From Myxococcota bacterium (GTDB taxonomy: Bacteria > Myxococcota > XYA12-FULL-58-9 > JABJBS01): a stretch of DNA of 31,961 nt. The translations under genes and the position numbers were made by a program. Shown here piece after piece: positions 1 to 8,380 of the stretch. Within the stretch, counting starts at the first letter, position 1, and each line of letters starts with the position of its first letter. The notes under the pieces were generated by a model. The model did not search any database and was not told the DNA's origin. It saw only the letters and a list, made by a program, of their open reading frames with translations. The stretch covers positions 1 to 31,961 of the forward strand of contig JAYZAY010000096.1 of the NCBI GenBank assembly GCA_036339465.1, read 5' to 3'.

Positions 1-1
1 T

Positions 2-283
2 CACCAAAAGTTTAATTGTGAGGTTTACGTTCTTAACAAGGACGAAGGCGGCCGACACACCCCATTTTTTAGTAACTATCGACCACAGTTCTACTTTCGA
101 ACCACGGACGTCACCGGCTCCATCAAGCTACCTGAAGGTACTGAGATGGTGATGCCTGGTGATAACGTCTCAATGGAAGTTGAACTCATCTGCCCAATCG
201 CAATGGAAAAAGAAGTGAGATTCGCGATTAGGGAAGGTGGCCGCACCATTGGTGCAGGTGTTGTTACTGACATCATTGAATAG
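2..283 (+). CDS. tuf: Elongation factor Tu, 3' part (5' end outside the window)
   Basis: Not in the ORF track. Frame 2 translated by hand gives [39 protein letters not shown]...MVMPGDN...[21 protein letters not shown], the EF-Tu domain III signature. TAG at 281-283. Confidence 0.99.
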   Translation, partial: HQKFNCEVYVLNKDEGGRHTPFFSNYRPQFYFRTTDVTGSIKLPEGTEMVMPGDNVSMEVELICPIAMEKEVRFAIREGGRTIGAGVVTDIIE

Positions 284-327
284 GTATTAGGGGGCGTGGA
301 AACGGCTCACCAGCCAACGCTAATTTC

Positions 328-364
328 ACTCGCCCGGAACGGAACAAGCGCGATCCGGGCGAGT
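328..364. repeat. Perfect 11-bp inverted repeat (stem-loop) between tuf and tRNA-Trp
   Basis: ACTCGCCCGGA (328-338) pairs with TCCGGGCGAGT (354-364), 15-nt loop, no U-tract on the + strand. Function not established. Confidence 0.8.
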
Positions 365-373
365 ATACGATGC

Positions 374-449
374 AGGTCAGTAGCTCAATTGGTAGAGTGG
401 CGGTCTCCAAAACCGTTGGTTGGGGGTTCGAGTCCCTCCTGGCCTGCCA
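374..449 (+). tRNA. tRNA-Trp (CCA)
   Basis: 76 nt. Acceptor stem AGGTCAG/CTGGCCT, D arm GCTC-AATTGGTA-GAGT, anticodon arm GCGGT-CTCCAAA-ACCGT, T loop GTTCGAG, encoded 3' CCA. Usual position upstream of secE. Confidence 0.98.
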
Positions 450-464
450 TTAAGGAATGAATAC

Positions 465-857
465 ATGGGGTCACGACATAGATTCGTAGTCGGCGCGATG
501 GCTATACTCTCCATCATCACCGCTCAGGTACTGGCGCGACTTCTTGAGTATGGGTGGGTTGAATTGGGCTTTCGTGATATCTACGTAGTGCCTCAGCAAC
601 TATTGTTACCCACCATGCTTGGGTATTTGATCGCAACCATCGCTGGTCTTGCATGTTATAAACACCCGACGACCCAAGGCCTAGCCACAGAAGTTGTCGA
701 CGAACTATCGAAGGTAACGTGGCCCACGAGAGATGAAACAAATCACGCAACGGTGGTGGTTATTGTCGCAGTAATCATCAGTTCCGGTTTTCTGGGTGTC
801 TTCGATGCATTATGGCTATGGTTGACCGACTGGCTACTTGGAGCCGGGCCCAGCTGA
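465..857 (+). CDS. secE: Preprotein translocase subunit SecE (3-TM type)
   Basis: ELSKVTWPTRDET motif followed by a hydrophobic helix, located between tRNA-Trp and nusG. Start moved to ATG 465 (AAGGA at 452-456) because the track start at 420 lies inside the tRNA. Confidence 0.95.
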   Translation: MGSRHRFVVGAMAILSIITAQVLARLLEYGWVELGFRDIYVVPQQLLLPTMLGYLIATIAGLACYKHPTTQGLATEVVDELSKVTWPTRDETNHATVVVIVAVIISSGFLGVFDALWLWLTDWLLGAGPS

Positions 858-914
858 CCTTAGCGATAACGACACGAATTAATAAGCCAATAACCACTTT
901 TGGGGTGACACGTA

Positions 915-1661
915 ATGTCCGAGGAAATGCTAGAGCAGAACACCGAAACGACCAACGCACCTGCTGTTGAGTCAGCATCGGCCGACCAATCGGAATCAGC
1001 GGCTGCTATTGACGCACATGGCCAATCGACAGACGGTGAAACTGATGGTGACCGCGAAGTCTCCAGTGGCAGTGAAAGCACCTCTGATAATGAGGGTCAC
1101 ACTACTGATCGAATTGAGCCTAAGAACGAGAACTGGAAATGGTACGTGGTCAATGCTCATTCGGGCCATGAGCACAGAGCCAAAGCTTCGCTAGAGGAAC
1201 GTATTCGGCAAAATGACTTAGCCGAATATTTCGGTGAAATTTTGATTCCGACCGAAAATGTAATTGAGCTCACTAAGAACGGGCAAAAGCGGACGAGCAA
1301 GAGGAAATTCTTTCCCGGCTATATGTTAGTGCAGATGGAAATCACCGACCATACCTGGCACTGTATAAACAACACCCCAAAAATCACCGGCTTTGTTGGA
1401 AGGACCACCAATCCCCCACCAATCCCTGATCACGAGGTAGGTCGTCTCACTAAACAGATCGATGAAGGTACACTTAAAGCGAAACCGAAGGTTAACTTTA
1501 GTGTTGGAGAGGACGTTCGAGTAACCGACGGACCGTTCGCTAATTTCAACGGTCTTGTCGATGATGTGAATGAAGATAAGGGTAAATTACGGGTCATGGT
1601 CTCCATTTTCGGACGATCGACCCCAGTCGAACTAGAGTTTGTTCAGGTCGAAAAGGCCTAG
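915..1661 (+). CDS. nusG: Transcription termination/antitermination factor NusG with an acidic N-terminal extension
   Basis: KWYVV...FFPGYMLVQM NGN domain and KOW end DGPFANFNG...VSIFGRSTPVELEFVQVEK. About 70 extra acidic/Ser/Thr residues precede the NGN domain. Confidence 0.98.
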   Translation: MSEEMLEQNTETTNAPAVESASADQSESAAAIDAHGQSTDGETDGDREVSSGSESTSDNEGHTTDRIEPKNENWKWYVVNAHSGHEHRAKASLEERIRQNDLAEYFGEILIPTENVIELTKNGQKRTSKRKFFPGYMLVQMEITDHTWHCINNTPKITGFVGRTTNPPPIPDHEVGRLTKQIDEGTLKAKPKVNFSVGEDVRVTDGPFANFNGLVDDVNEDKGKLRVMVSIFGRSTPVELEFVQVEKA

Positions 1662-1720
1662 ACAAAGAGCAGCGAATTTATTTGAGAAAGCGCTCAAGTA
1701 CCACCCAATGAGGTAATCAA

Positions 1721-2164
1721 ATGGCCAAGAAAATATCAGGCTACATAAAGCTACAAATTCCTGCCGGCAAGGCAAATCCATCTCCGCCCGTAGGCCCGGC
1801 TCTGGGCCAGCATGGTGTGAACATTATGCAGTTTTGCAAAGAGTTTAATGCTCGAACTCAGAAGCAGGGTGAAATGGTCATCCCAGTGGTTATTACCGTA
1901 TTCGCCGACCGCTCCTTTTCTTTCGTTACCAAAACCCCACCAGCTTCGATTCTTATCAAGCAAGCAGTGGGCTTGAAAATCACGAAAAAACCAGGTGCAG
2001 GTTCAAAGGAACCGAACAAAACCAAAGTAGCAAGCATCACGCGTGAGCAAGCTCTGGAGATCGCGACAACTAAGATGCCTGATTTGAACGCAAAGGATCT
2101 CGACGGTGCTACTGAGATGATCATTGGTACAGCTAAGAGCATGGGAATCGAGCTTCAGGACTAG
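1721..2164 (+). CDS. rplK: 50S ribosomal protein L11
   Basis: [52 protein letters not shown] upstream. Confidence 0.99.
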   Translation: MAKKISGYIKLQIPAGKANPSPPVGPALGQHGVNIMQFCKEFNARTQKQGEMVIPVVITVFADRSFSFVTKTPPASILIKQAVGLKITKKPGAGSKEPNKTKVASITREQALEIATTKMPDLNAKDLDGATEMIIGTAKSMGIELQD

Positions 2165-2227
2165 ACAATCGACTAGTACCCACCTATAAGGTCGCGCCAC
2201 GAGCGCAGGATAATATTGTGCCTGAGT

Positions 2228-2259
2228 CAGGAGATATCAAAATGATATCGATGGTACTG
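2228..2259 (+). promoter_or_regulatory. Putative L1-binding autoregulatory RNA element upstream of rplA
   Basis: CAG(2228-30)/CTG(2257-59) helix, GA opposite a 7-nt loop GATGGTA, and a closing hairpin GATATCA-AAA-TGATATC. It abuts the rplA RBS GAGGT (2261-65). Same architecture as known L1 mRNA sites. Confidence 0.55.
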
Positions 2260-2269
2260 TGAGGTAGTT

Positions 2270-2965
2270 ATGACAAAATTAAGCAAGCGAAACCATGCTA
2301 ACCGGAACCTCGTCGATCGGTCCAAGAAATACGATGTGCTTGAAGCGATCGATCTTCTTAAAAATGCGCAAGCTGCCAAATTTGATGAGTCCATTGAAGT
2401 GTCGGTAGGCCTAGGGGTTGACCCGAAGAAAAGTGACCAAATGGTCCGTGGTGTTTGCAAATTGCCGCATGGCAGTGGTAAGCCGGTAAGAATACTCGTT
2501 TTCGCCAAAGGCGATAAGGAGGAAGAGGCAAAGGCCGCCGGAGCGGACTTTGTGGGCTCCGAAGATCTCGTTGAAAAGATCAAAGCAGGGTGGTTGGAGT
2601 TTGACAAGGCGATCGCCACACCTGACATGATGCCTAAGGTAGGGCCCATCGCGCGCATTCTCGGACCACGTGGACTCATGCCTAATCCCAAGGTTGGGAC
2701 CGTAACCGTCGACGTGGGAAAAGCCGTAAACGAAGAAAAAGCCGGCAGGGTGGAATTCCGGGTCGACAAAGCAGGGATCGTCCACGCTGCGATCGGCAAA
2801 ATGAGTTTTGGTGCTGAAGATCTGAAGGCGAACTTTGATGCAGTTATGGACGCCATCTTAAAACTAAAGCCCGCAACAGCTAAGGGTACCTACATACAAA
2901 GCCTATCCTTTTCTAGCACGATGGGTCCCGGTGTTAGAGTTGATACCCAAAAAGTGCAAGGTTAA
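2270..2965 (+). CDS. rplA: 50S ribosomal protein L1
   Basis: AKFDESIE...[14 protein letters not shown]...[16 protein letters not shown]...STMGPG motifs. Confidence 0.99.
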   Translation: MTKLSKRNHANRNLVDRSKKYDVLEAIDLLKNAQAAKFDESIEVSVGLGVDPKKSDQMVRGVCKLPHGSGKPVRILVFAKGDKEEEAKAAGADFVGSEDLVEKIKAGWLEFDKAIATPDMMPKVGPIARILGPRGLMPNPKVGTVTVDVGKAVNEEKAGRVEFRVDKAGIVHAAIGKMSFGAEDLKANFDAVMDAILKLKPATAKGTYIQSLSFSSTMGPGVRVDTQKVQG

Positions 2966-2991
2966 GACCCCGAAATTGAAGGATGTGAGCA

Positions 2992-3513
2992 ATGAGTCGC
3001 GCCGAAAAGCAAGAAATCGTAACAGAGTTGAGTGAAACTCTGAGGGCCTCCGCAGGCACCATATTTGTTGACTATGCCGGAATTGATGTAAACACGATAA
3101 ATGATATCAGAAGTCAATTCAGAGCAGCGGGTGTTCGTTATCAAGTTGTTAAGAACTCACTAATGAGTCGGGCCCTAGAGCTGGCGGAGCTTGACAGTGA
3201 TGCCGCCTCGCTAAAAGGCAGTCCAACCGCCGTGATCTTTTGCAATGACGATCCAGTCAATGCTGCAAAACTCACGGCCGACCTATCCAAGAAGCACAAG
3301 AAACTAAAAGTTAAAGGCGGCATCCTCGAGTCCGAGATTATTAGCGCGGAGCAAGCAGTAGCTCTCTCCAAGATGCCTAATCGCGAAGAGCTACTCTCCC
3401 AGATTATAGGGCAGGCGCTTAGCCCAGGCCGCAAGATTGCTAGTCAAATTAAGAGTCCTAGCGGCAAGGTATTGGGTGCCATTGACAAATTTATCGAGAA
3501 TCTAGAAGGCTAA
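2992..3513 (+). CDS. rplJ: 50S ribosomal protein L10
   Basis: MSRAEKQEIV...DYAG...VVKNSL...KVKGGIL...LSKMPNREEL, located between rplA and rplL. Confidence 0.97.
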   Translation: MSRAEKQEIVTELSETLRASAGTIFVDYAGIDVNTINDIRSQFRAAGVRYQVVKNSLMSRALELAELDSDAASLKGSPTAVIFCNDDPVNAAKLTADLSKKHKKLKVKGGILESEIISAEQAVALSKMPNREELLSQIIGQALSPGRKIASQIKSPSGKVLGAIDKFIENLEG

Positions 3514-3586
3514 TCAAAAATCGAATCCACTCGAAAGTGGGTCTAAATGGGCTTTATAGAGAGCCCTCAACATAAGGAGTTCAGGA

Positions 3587-3997
3587 ATGGCTGACGCTGC
3601 TCGCACCTGGAATGGTGATATTAAAGACATCGGAGAGAAAATCGTTGGACTTACTCTCCTTCAAGCAAAAGAACTTAGCGACTATCTGAAAGATGAGCAT
3701 GGTTTGGAGGCTGCAGCCGGTGCAGCCGTCATAGCCGCCATGCCGTCGGCTGACGGCGCCGACGCAGCCGCTGCGGCTGAGCCGACAGAGTTCAACGTAG
3801 TACTAAAGTCTGCGGGCGCTAAGAAAATTCAGGTCATCAAGGAAGTCCGTGCGGCAACGGGCCTCGGCTTGAAGGAAGCCAAGGAACTTGTCGATGGTGC
3901 CCCAAAGACAGTTAAAGAAGCACTGCCCAAGGACGAGGCCGAAGAGTTGAAGAAAAAACTCGAGGCCGCTGGTGCTGAGGTTGAGCTGAAAGCTTAG
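3587..3997 (+). CDS. rplL: 50S ribosomal protein L7/L12
   Basis: Ala-rich hinge then EFNVVL...[27 protein letters not shown]...[20 protein letters not shown]. Confidence 0.99.
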   Translation: MADAARTWNGDIKDIGEKIVGLTLLQAKELSDYLKDEHGLEAAAGAAVIAAMPSADGADAAAAAEPTEFNVVLKSAGAKKIQVIKEVRAATGLGLKEAKELVDGAPKTVKEALPKDEAEELKKKLEAAGAEVELKA

Positions 3998-4021
3998 TTT
4001 TGGTTCACGTTGCGCAGTCCT

Positions 4022-4057
4022 CTTGCCACAATCCCGGAAGATTGTGGCAAGTTTGTT
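4022..4057 (+). terminator. Rho-independent terminator/attenuator between rplL and rpoB
   Basis: 12-bp perfect stem CTTGCCACAATC (4022-33)/GATTGTGGCAAG (4040-51), loop CCGGAA, followed by TTTGTT. Confidence 0.8.
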
Positions 4058-4174
4058 GACTAGAAGTATGTTTTGAGACACTGATTCGAATCGGCCAGCC
4101 CGGTGGTTTGTATTGTCGCAAGCCTTCGTTTTGACGCTAGCCGGAAGCTTTGCCTGCAGGAGCAAGTCAACAGT

Positions 4175-7100
4175 ATGGCGAACTCTAAAATACAAGATAA
4201 TTTTCGCATTCGTAAAAGTTTTGGCCGCCACGAGGCGCTCGTCGAAGTACCCAATCTGATTGATACCCAAAAGAGAAGCTATGAAAAGTTCCTCCAACTG
4301 GATATCGATCCGATGCAGCGAGCAGATGTAGGCTTGCAAGCGGTCTTCAGCCGAGTCTTCCCGATTAAGGACTTTAACGAAACCGCATCGCTCGATTTCG
4401 TCAGATATGATATCGACCCGCCCAAATACGATGTTGAGGAATGTCACCAGAGGGGCATGACCTTTGCTGCTCCGATGAAGGTGTCGATCCAACTCATTAT
4501 TTGGGAGAAAGACGAAGTCACCGGCCAGCAGTCTGTCAGATCCATCAAGGAGCAGGACGTCTATTTCGGGGAAATCCCACTGATGACTGAACATGGTACC
4601 TTCATCATCAATGGCACCGAACGCGTTATTGTGTCCCAGCTGCACCGAAGTCCTGGCGCGTTCTTCTTTGTCAATCAAGACAAAACGAAGAGTGCGTCCA
4701 GCGGAATGCTCTTGCATAGTGCACGTATTATCCCGAATCGGGGTTCCTGGTTGGATTTCGAATTCGACACGAAGGATATCCTTCATGTCCGCATTGACCG
4801 TCGGCGTAAGATGCCGGCTACGATTCTCTTGAAGGGGTTGGGCTATAGTGCACAGGACCTGCTTGATTATTTCTACGCGAAAGAAAGCATTTATCTTCTT
4901 GATGGCGACGAATACGAAAAGTCGGTCAACCTGGAGTTACTTTTAGGGCAACGTGCCACCAAAGACATCATCGATCCTGATAGCAGCGATGTGATTGTTC
5001 GAAAAAATCGAAAATTTACGAGATCCGCGATTAAGAAAATACGTACCAAAGGTATCGAGCGTATCTCGGTCGACGCTGAGGATGTAGTGGGCACCATTGC
5101 TGCTATTGATATCATCGACGATGAAACTGGTGAAGTGCTCCTGCAGTCCAACGAAACAATTTCGGAGGAAAAATTAGCGTTGGTTCGAGAAAAGGGTGTT
5201 AAGCAGATCGAGACCCTGTTTATCGATGGCCTTAATGTTGGCTCCTATCTGCGCGACACTCTGCTGGTTGACAAAGTAGAAACCGAAGAGGACGCCCTGC
5301 TGGAAGTCTATCGGCGTTTGCGACCAGGTGAGCCCCCGACTCCTGATACAGCAAGGACTTTCTTCCATAATCTCTTTTTTAATGCCGAACGCTACGACCT
5401 ATCCAGAGTTGGTAGGTTAAAGCTGAACCACAAGTTTGACAATAACGAGGACATCAACAACACCGTCCTCAGTAAACGAGATATCATGGAAGTTGTCCGA
5501 TATCTCTTGGATCTCAAAAATGGTCGTGGGCAAGTAGACGATATTGACCACCTCGGAAATAGACGGGTTCGTGCCGTTGGTGAATTGCTTGAGAATCAAT
5601 TCCGAGTAGGGTTAGTACGTATGGAACGGGCGATCAGGGAACGCATGAGTTTACAAGAACTTGAAACCCTAATGCCGCATGATTTAATCAATGCGAAACC
5701 CGTGTCGGCTGTCGTTAAGGAATTCTTTGGCTCCTCACAACTGTCGCAGTTTATGGACCAGACTAACCCGCTTTCTGAGGTGACGCACAAACGCCGACTT
5801 TCCGCACTGGGGCCTGGTGGCCTCACGCGCGAAAGAGCGGGCTTCGAAGTCCGCGATGTTCACCCTACCCACTACGGGCGTATTTGTCCGATTGAAACCC
5901 CCGAGGGTCCGAATATCGGGCTGATCTCCTCGCTGAGCACCCACGCTAGGGTGAATGAATATGGCTTTGTCGAGACTCCTTACCGCTCCGTTTCGGAGAG
6001 CAGGGTCAGTGGGGACGTAAAATATTACAGTGCCTTACAGGAAGAAGCTCACGTCATCGCCCAGGCGAATGCCCATGTGAATTCTGATGGCACTTTCGCA
6101 GACGCCTTGGTCGCATGTCGTCGGGGTAGCGACACATTAATGATGCGTCCCGAAGAAGTGACCCTAATGGATGTGTCTCCGAAGCAACTCGTTTCGGTTG
6201 CCTCATCCTTGATCCCCTTTCGAGAAAATGATGATGCTAATCGGGCGCTCATGGGCTCGAACATGCAGCGACAGGCGGTGCCCTTGCTTCGTGCTGAGGC
6301 GCCCCTTGTCGGCACGGGAATGGAGCTCAATGTTGCCAGAGATTCCGGTGTTACCGTGACTGCCGCGCGAAGCGGTGTGGTGGCCGCCGTAGATGCTACC
6401 CGTATTGTTGTCAAAGCCGATGGTGAAGAAGCCCATTCCACAGACGTCGCTCAAGAAGTCGACATCTACAACCTGGTCAAGTATCAGCGTTCGAATCAAA
6501 ACACCTGTATCAATCAAAGGCCGATCATTCAACGAGGTGATCGGGTGCAGGTGGGTGATTGCATAGCCGATGGGCCATCCACGGATAGAGGCGAGTTGGC
6601 ACTTGGCCGCAATCTGGTCGTGGCGTTTATGCCTTGGCAAGGATACAACTTCGAGGATTCGATTCTCCTGAGCGAGAAACTTGTTCACGAGGATTACTAC
6701 ACCTCGGTTCATATCGAAGAGTTTGATTGTGTCTCGCGCGATACCAAATTAGGCAAAGAGGAGGTCACGCGGGATATCCCAAATGTTGGTGAAGAGCCAC
6801 TCGGGGATCTGGATGAGGCAGGTATTATAAGGATAGGCGCCGAAGTTCGCTCTGGGGATATCCTTGTTGGTAAGATCACGCCGAAAGGCGAGACTCAGCT
6901 TTCTCCTGAAGAAAAACTGCTTCGCGCTATCTTTGGTGAGAAGGCAGGCGACGTTAGGGATACCTCGCTACGGGTTCCACCTGGCGTCACTGGTACCGTC
7001 ATTGGCGCGAGGGTCTTTGCTCGCAAGGGCGTCGAAAAAGACGAACGTGCATTGCAGATCGAGGAGCAAGAAGAATCTCGGCTCCTCAAGGACCAGAAAG

Positions 7101-8317
7101 ATGAGGTTAAGATAATCGTTGATAGTGGCCGGCGTAAGATCAACGCTTTGGTGACTGGTAAGGCCACAGTCTCTAGGCTGGTTGATGACCGGGGTGATGT
7201 TATTCTAGAAAAGGATGTGACGCTCGACCCTGAGAATATGGCAGCGATACGCTACAAATACCTCTCGGAAATCAGAATTGGCGATGATGAGGTGGAAGAT
7301 CGCATTGATGCGATTCTTGAATCCGCAGACGAGAGGGTTGCGCTCGTTAAATTAACCTTCAGTGACAAGATCGCGCGTCTCAAAAAAGGCGATGAGCTCG
7401 CTCCTGGCGTAATTAAGATGGTTAAGGTTTATGTGGCGATTAAACGGCGACTGCAGGTTGGCGATAAGATGGCGGGGCGTCACGGAAACAAGGGCGTCAT
7501 TTCCCGGGTTCTGCCTGTGGAAGATATGCCTTATACCGTAGATGGTCGTCCCGTCGATATTTGTTTGAACCCACTAGGCGTACCAAGCCGGATGAATATT
7601 GGCCAAATTCTCGAAACCCACCTTGGATGGGGCGCTAAGCAGGTTGGACGTCGGCTTGAAGATATAATGGAGCAACATTTCTCCAGTGATGTTATCAAAA
7701 CCGAGTTGAAAAAGTTTTTTGATCACGAGAAGGACTCGAGCTTTATTGATTCACTCGATGTGGATGAGGTTAGGAAGCTGGCGGGGAGGCTGCAGCGAGG
7801 TATTCATTTCGCTACGCCCGTTTTTGAGGGCGCTCGAGAGATCGACATCGACAAAGTGCTCGAACAGGCTGGCGTAGCGACTTCGGGTCAAAGTGTCTTG
7901 TTTGATGGTCGTACAGGAGAACCTTTCGACCAACCGGTCACGGTCGGTGTTATGTACATGCTTAAGTTACATCACTTAGTAGATGATAAGATTCATGCGC
8001 GTTCAATTGGACCGTATTCTCTGGTCACCCAGCAGCCACTTGGTGGTAAGGCCCAATTTGGCGGGCAACGATTAGGTGAAATGGAGGTCTGGGCTATGGA
8101 AGCCTATGGTGCGGCTTACGCATTACAAGAGTTTTTAACTGTTAAGTCGGATGACGTTCAGGGCCGGACACGGATGTACGAAGCCATTGTCAAAGGCGAG
8201 AATACGCTTGAATCTGGCATTCCTGAATCGTTCAACGTACTAACGAAGGAACTCCAGGCTTTGTGTCTCGATGTTCAGATGATTCAAACGGATGACGTTT
8301 TAGAAACAGCTTCGTAG
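4175..8317 (+). CDS. rpoB: DNA-directed RNA polymerase subunit beta
   Basis: Rif region [57 protein letters not shown]. Start set at ATG 4175 ([23 protein letters not shown] upstream) rather than 4103. Confidence 0.99.
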   Translation: MANSKIQDNFRIRKSFGRHEALVEVPNLIDTQKRSYEKFLQLDIDPMQRADVGLQAVFSRVFPIKDFNETASLDFVRYDIDPPKYDVEECHQRGMTFAAPMKVSIQLIIWEKDEVTGQQSVRSIKEQDVYFGEIPLMTEHGTFIINGTERVIVSQLHRSPGAFFFVNQDKTKSASSGMLLHSARIIPNRGSWLDFEFDTKDILHVRIDRRRKMPATILLKGLGYSAQDLLDYFYAKESIYLLDGDEYEKSVNLELLLGQRATKDIIDPDSSDVIVRKNRKFTRSAIKKIRTKGIERISVDAEDVVGTIAAIDIIDDETGEVLLQSNETISEEKLALVREKGVKQIETLFIDGLNVGSYLRDTLLVDKVETEEDALLEVYRRLRPGEPPTPDTARTFFHNLFFNAERYDLSRVGRLKLNHKFDNNEDINNTVLSKRDIMEVVRYLLDLKNGRGQVDDIDHLGNRRVRAVGELLENQFRVGLVRMERAIRERMSLQELETLMPHDLINAKPVSAVVKEFFGSSQLSQFMDQTNPLSEVTHKRRLSALGPGGLTRERAGFEVRDVHPTHYGRICPIETPEGPNIGLISSLSTHARVNEYGFVETPYRSVSESRVSGDVKYYSALQEEAHVIAQANAHVNSDGTFADALVACRRGSDTLMMRPEEVTLMDVSPKQLVSVASSLIPFRENDDANRALMGSNMQRQAVPLLRAEAPLVGTGMELNVARDSGVTVTAARSGVVAAVDATRIVVKADGEEAHSTDVAQEVDIYNLVKYQRSNQNTCINQRPIIQRGDRVQVGDCIADGPSTDRGELALGRNLVVAFMPWQGYNFEDSILLSEKLVHEDYYTSVHIEEFDCVSRDTKLGKEEVTRDIPNVGEEPLGDLDEAGIIRIGAEVRSGDILVGKITPKGETQLSPEEKLLRAIFGEKAGDVRDTSLRVPPGVTGTVIGARVFARKGVEKDERALQIEEQEESRLLKDQKDEVKIIVDSGRRKINALVTGKATVSRLVDDRGDVILEKDVTLDPENMAAIRYKYLSEIRIGDDEVEDRIDAILESADERVALVKLTFSDKIARLKKGDELAPGVIKMVKVYVAIKRRLQVGDKMAGRHGNKGVISRVLPVEDMPYTVDGRPVDICLNPLGVPSRMNIGQILETHLGWGAKQVGRRLEDIMEQHFSSDVIKTELKKFFDHEKDSSFIDSLDVDEVRKLAGRLQRGIHFATPVFEGAREIDIDKVLEQAGVATSGQSVLFDGRTGEPFDQPVTVGVMYMLKLHHLVDDKIHARSIGPYSLVTQQPLGGKAQFGGQRLGEMEVWAMEAYGAAYALQEFLTVKSDDVQGRTRMYEAIVKGENTLESGIPESFNVLTKELQALCLDVQMIQTDDVLETAS

Positions 8318-8380
8318 TTAAGTGATCTGTTTTTAATACGGTCAGCTTGTTCCACCGGCTCAATAAGTGAGGGCGCTATT

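Noticed and set aside
420..464. Track N-terminal extension of SecE
   Set aside because: It overlaps tRNA-Trp, and ATG 465 has its own RBS.
2227..2856. 209-aa antisense ORF over rplA, and the many similar shadows over rpoB, rpoC, plsB and parA
   Set aside because: They overlap confidently identified genes and have no independent evidence.
3524..3566. Two small hairpins in the rplJ-rplL spacer
   Set aside because: Short stems with G-U pairs and no U-tract; no function can be assigned from sequence alone.
4736..4738. RpoB IIPNRG instead of IIPYRG
   Set aside because: Asn occurs at this position in other phyla (e.g. Firmicutes), so it is not anomalous.
3803..4786. 327-aa minus-strand ORF spanning rplL, the spacer and rpoB
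   Set aside because: Antisense shadow of conserved, codon-biased genes, with no recognisable motif.
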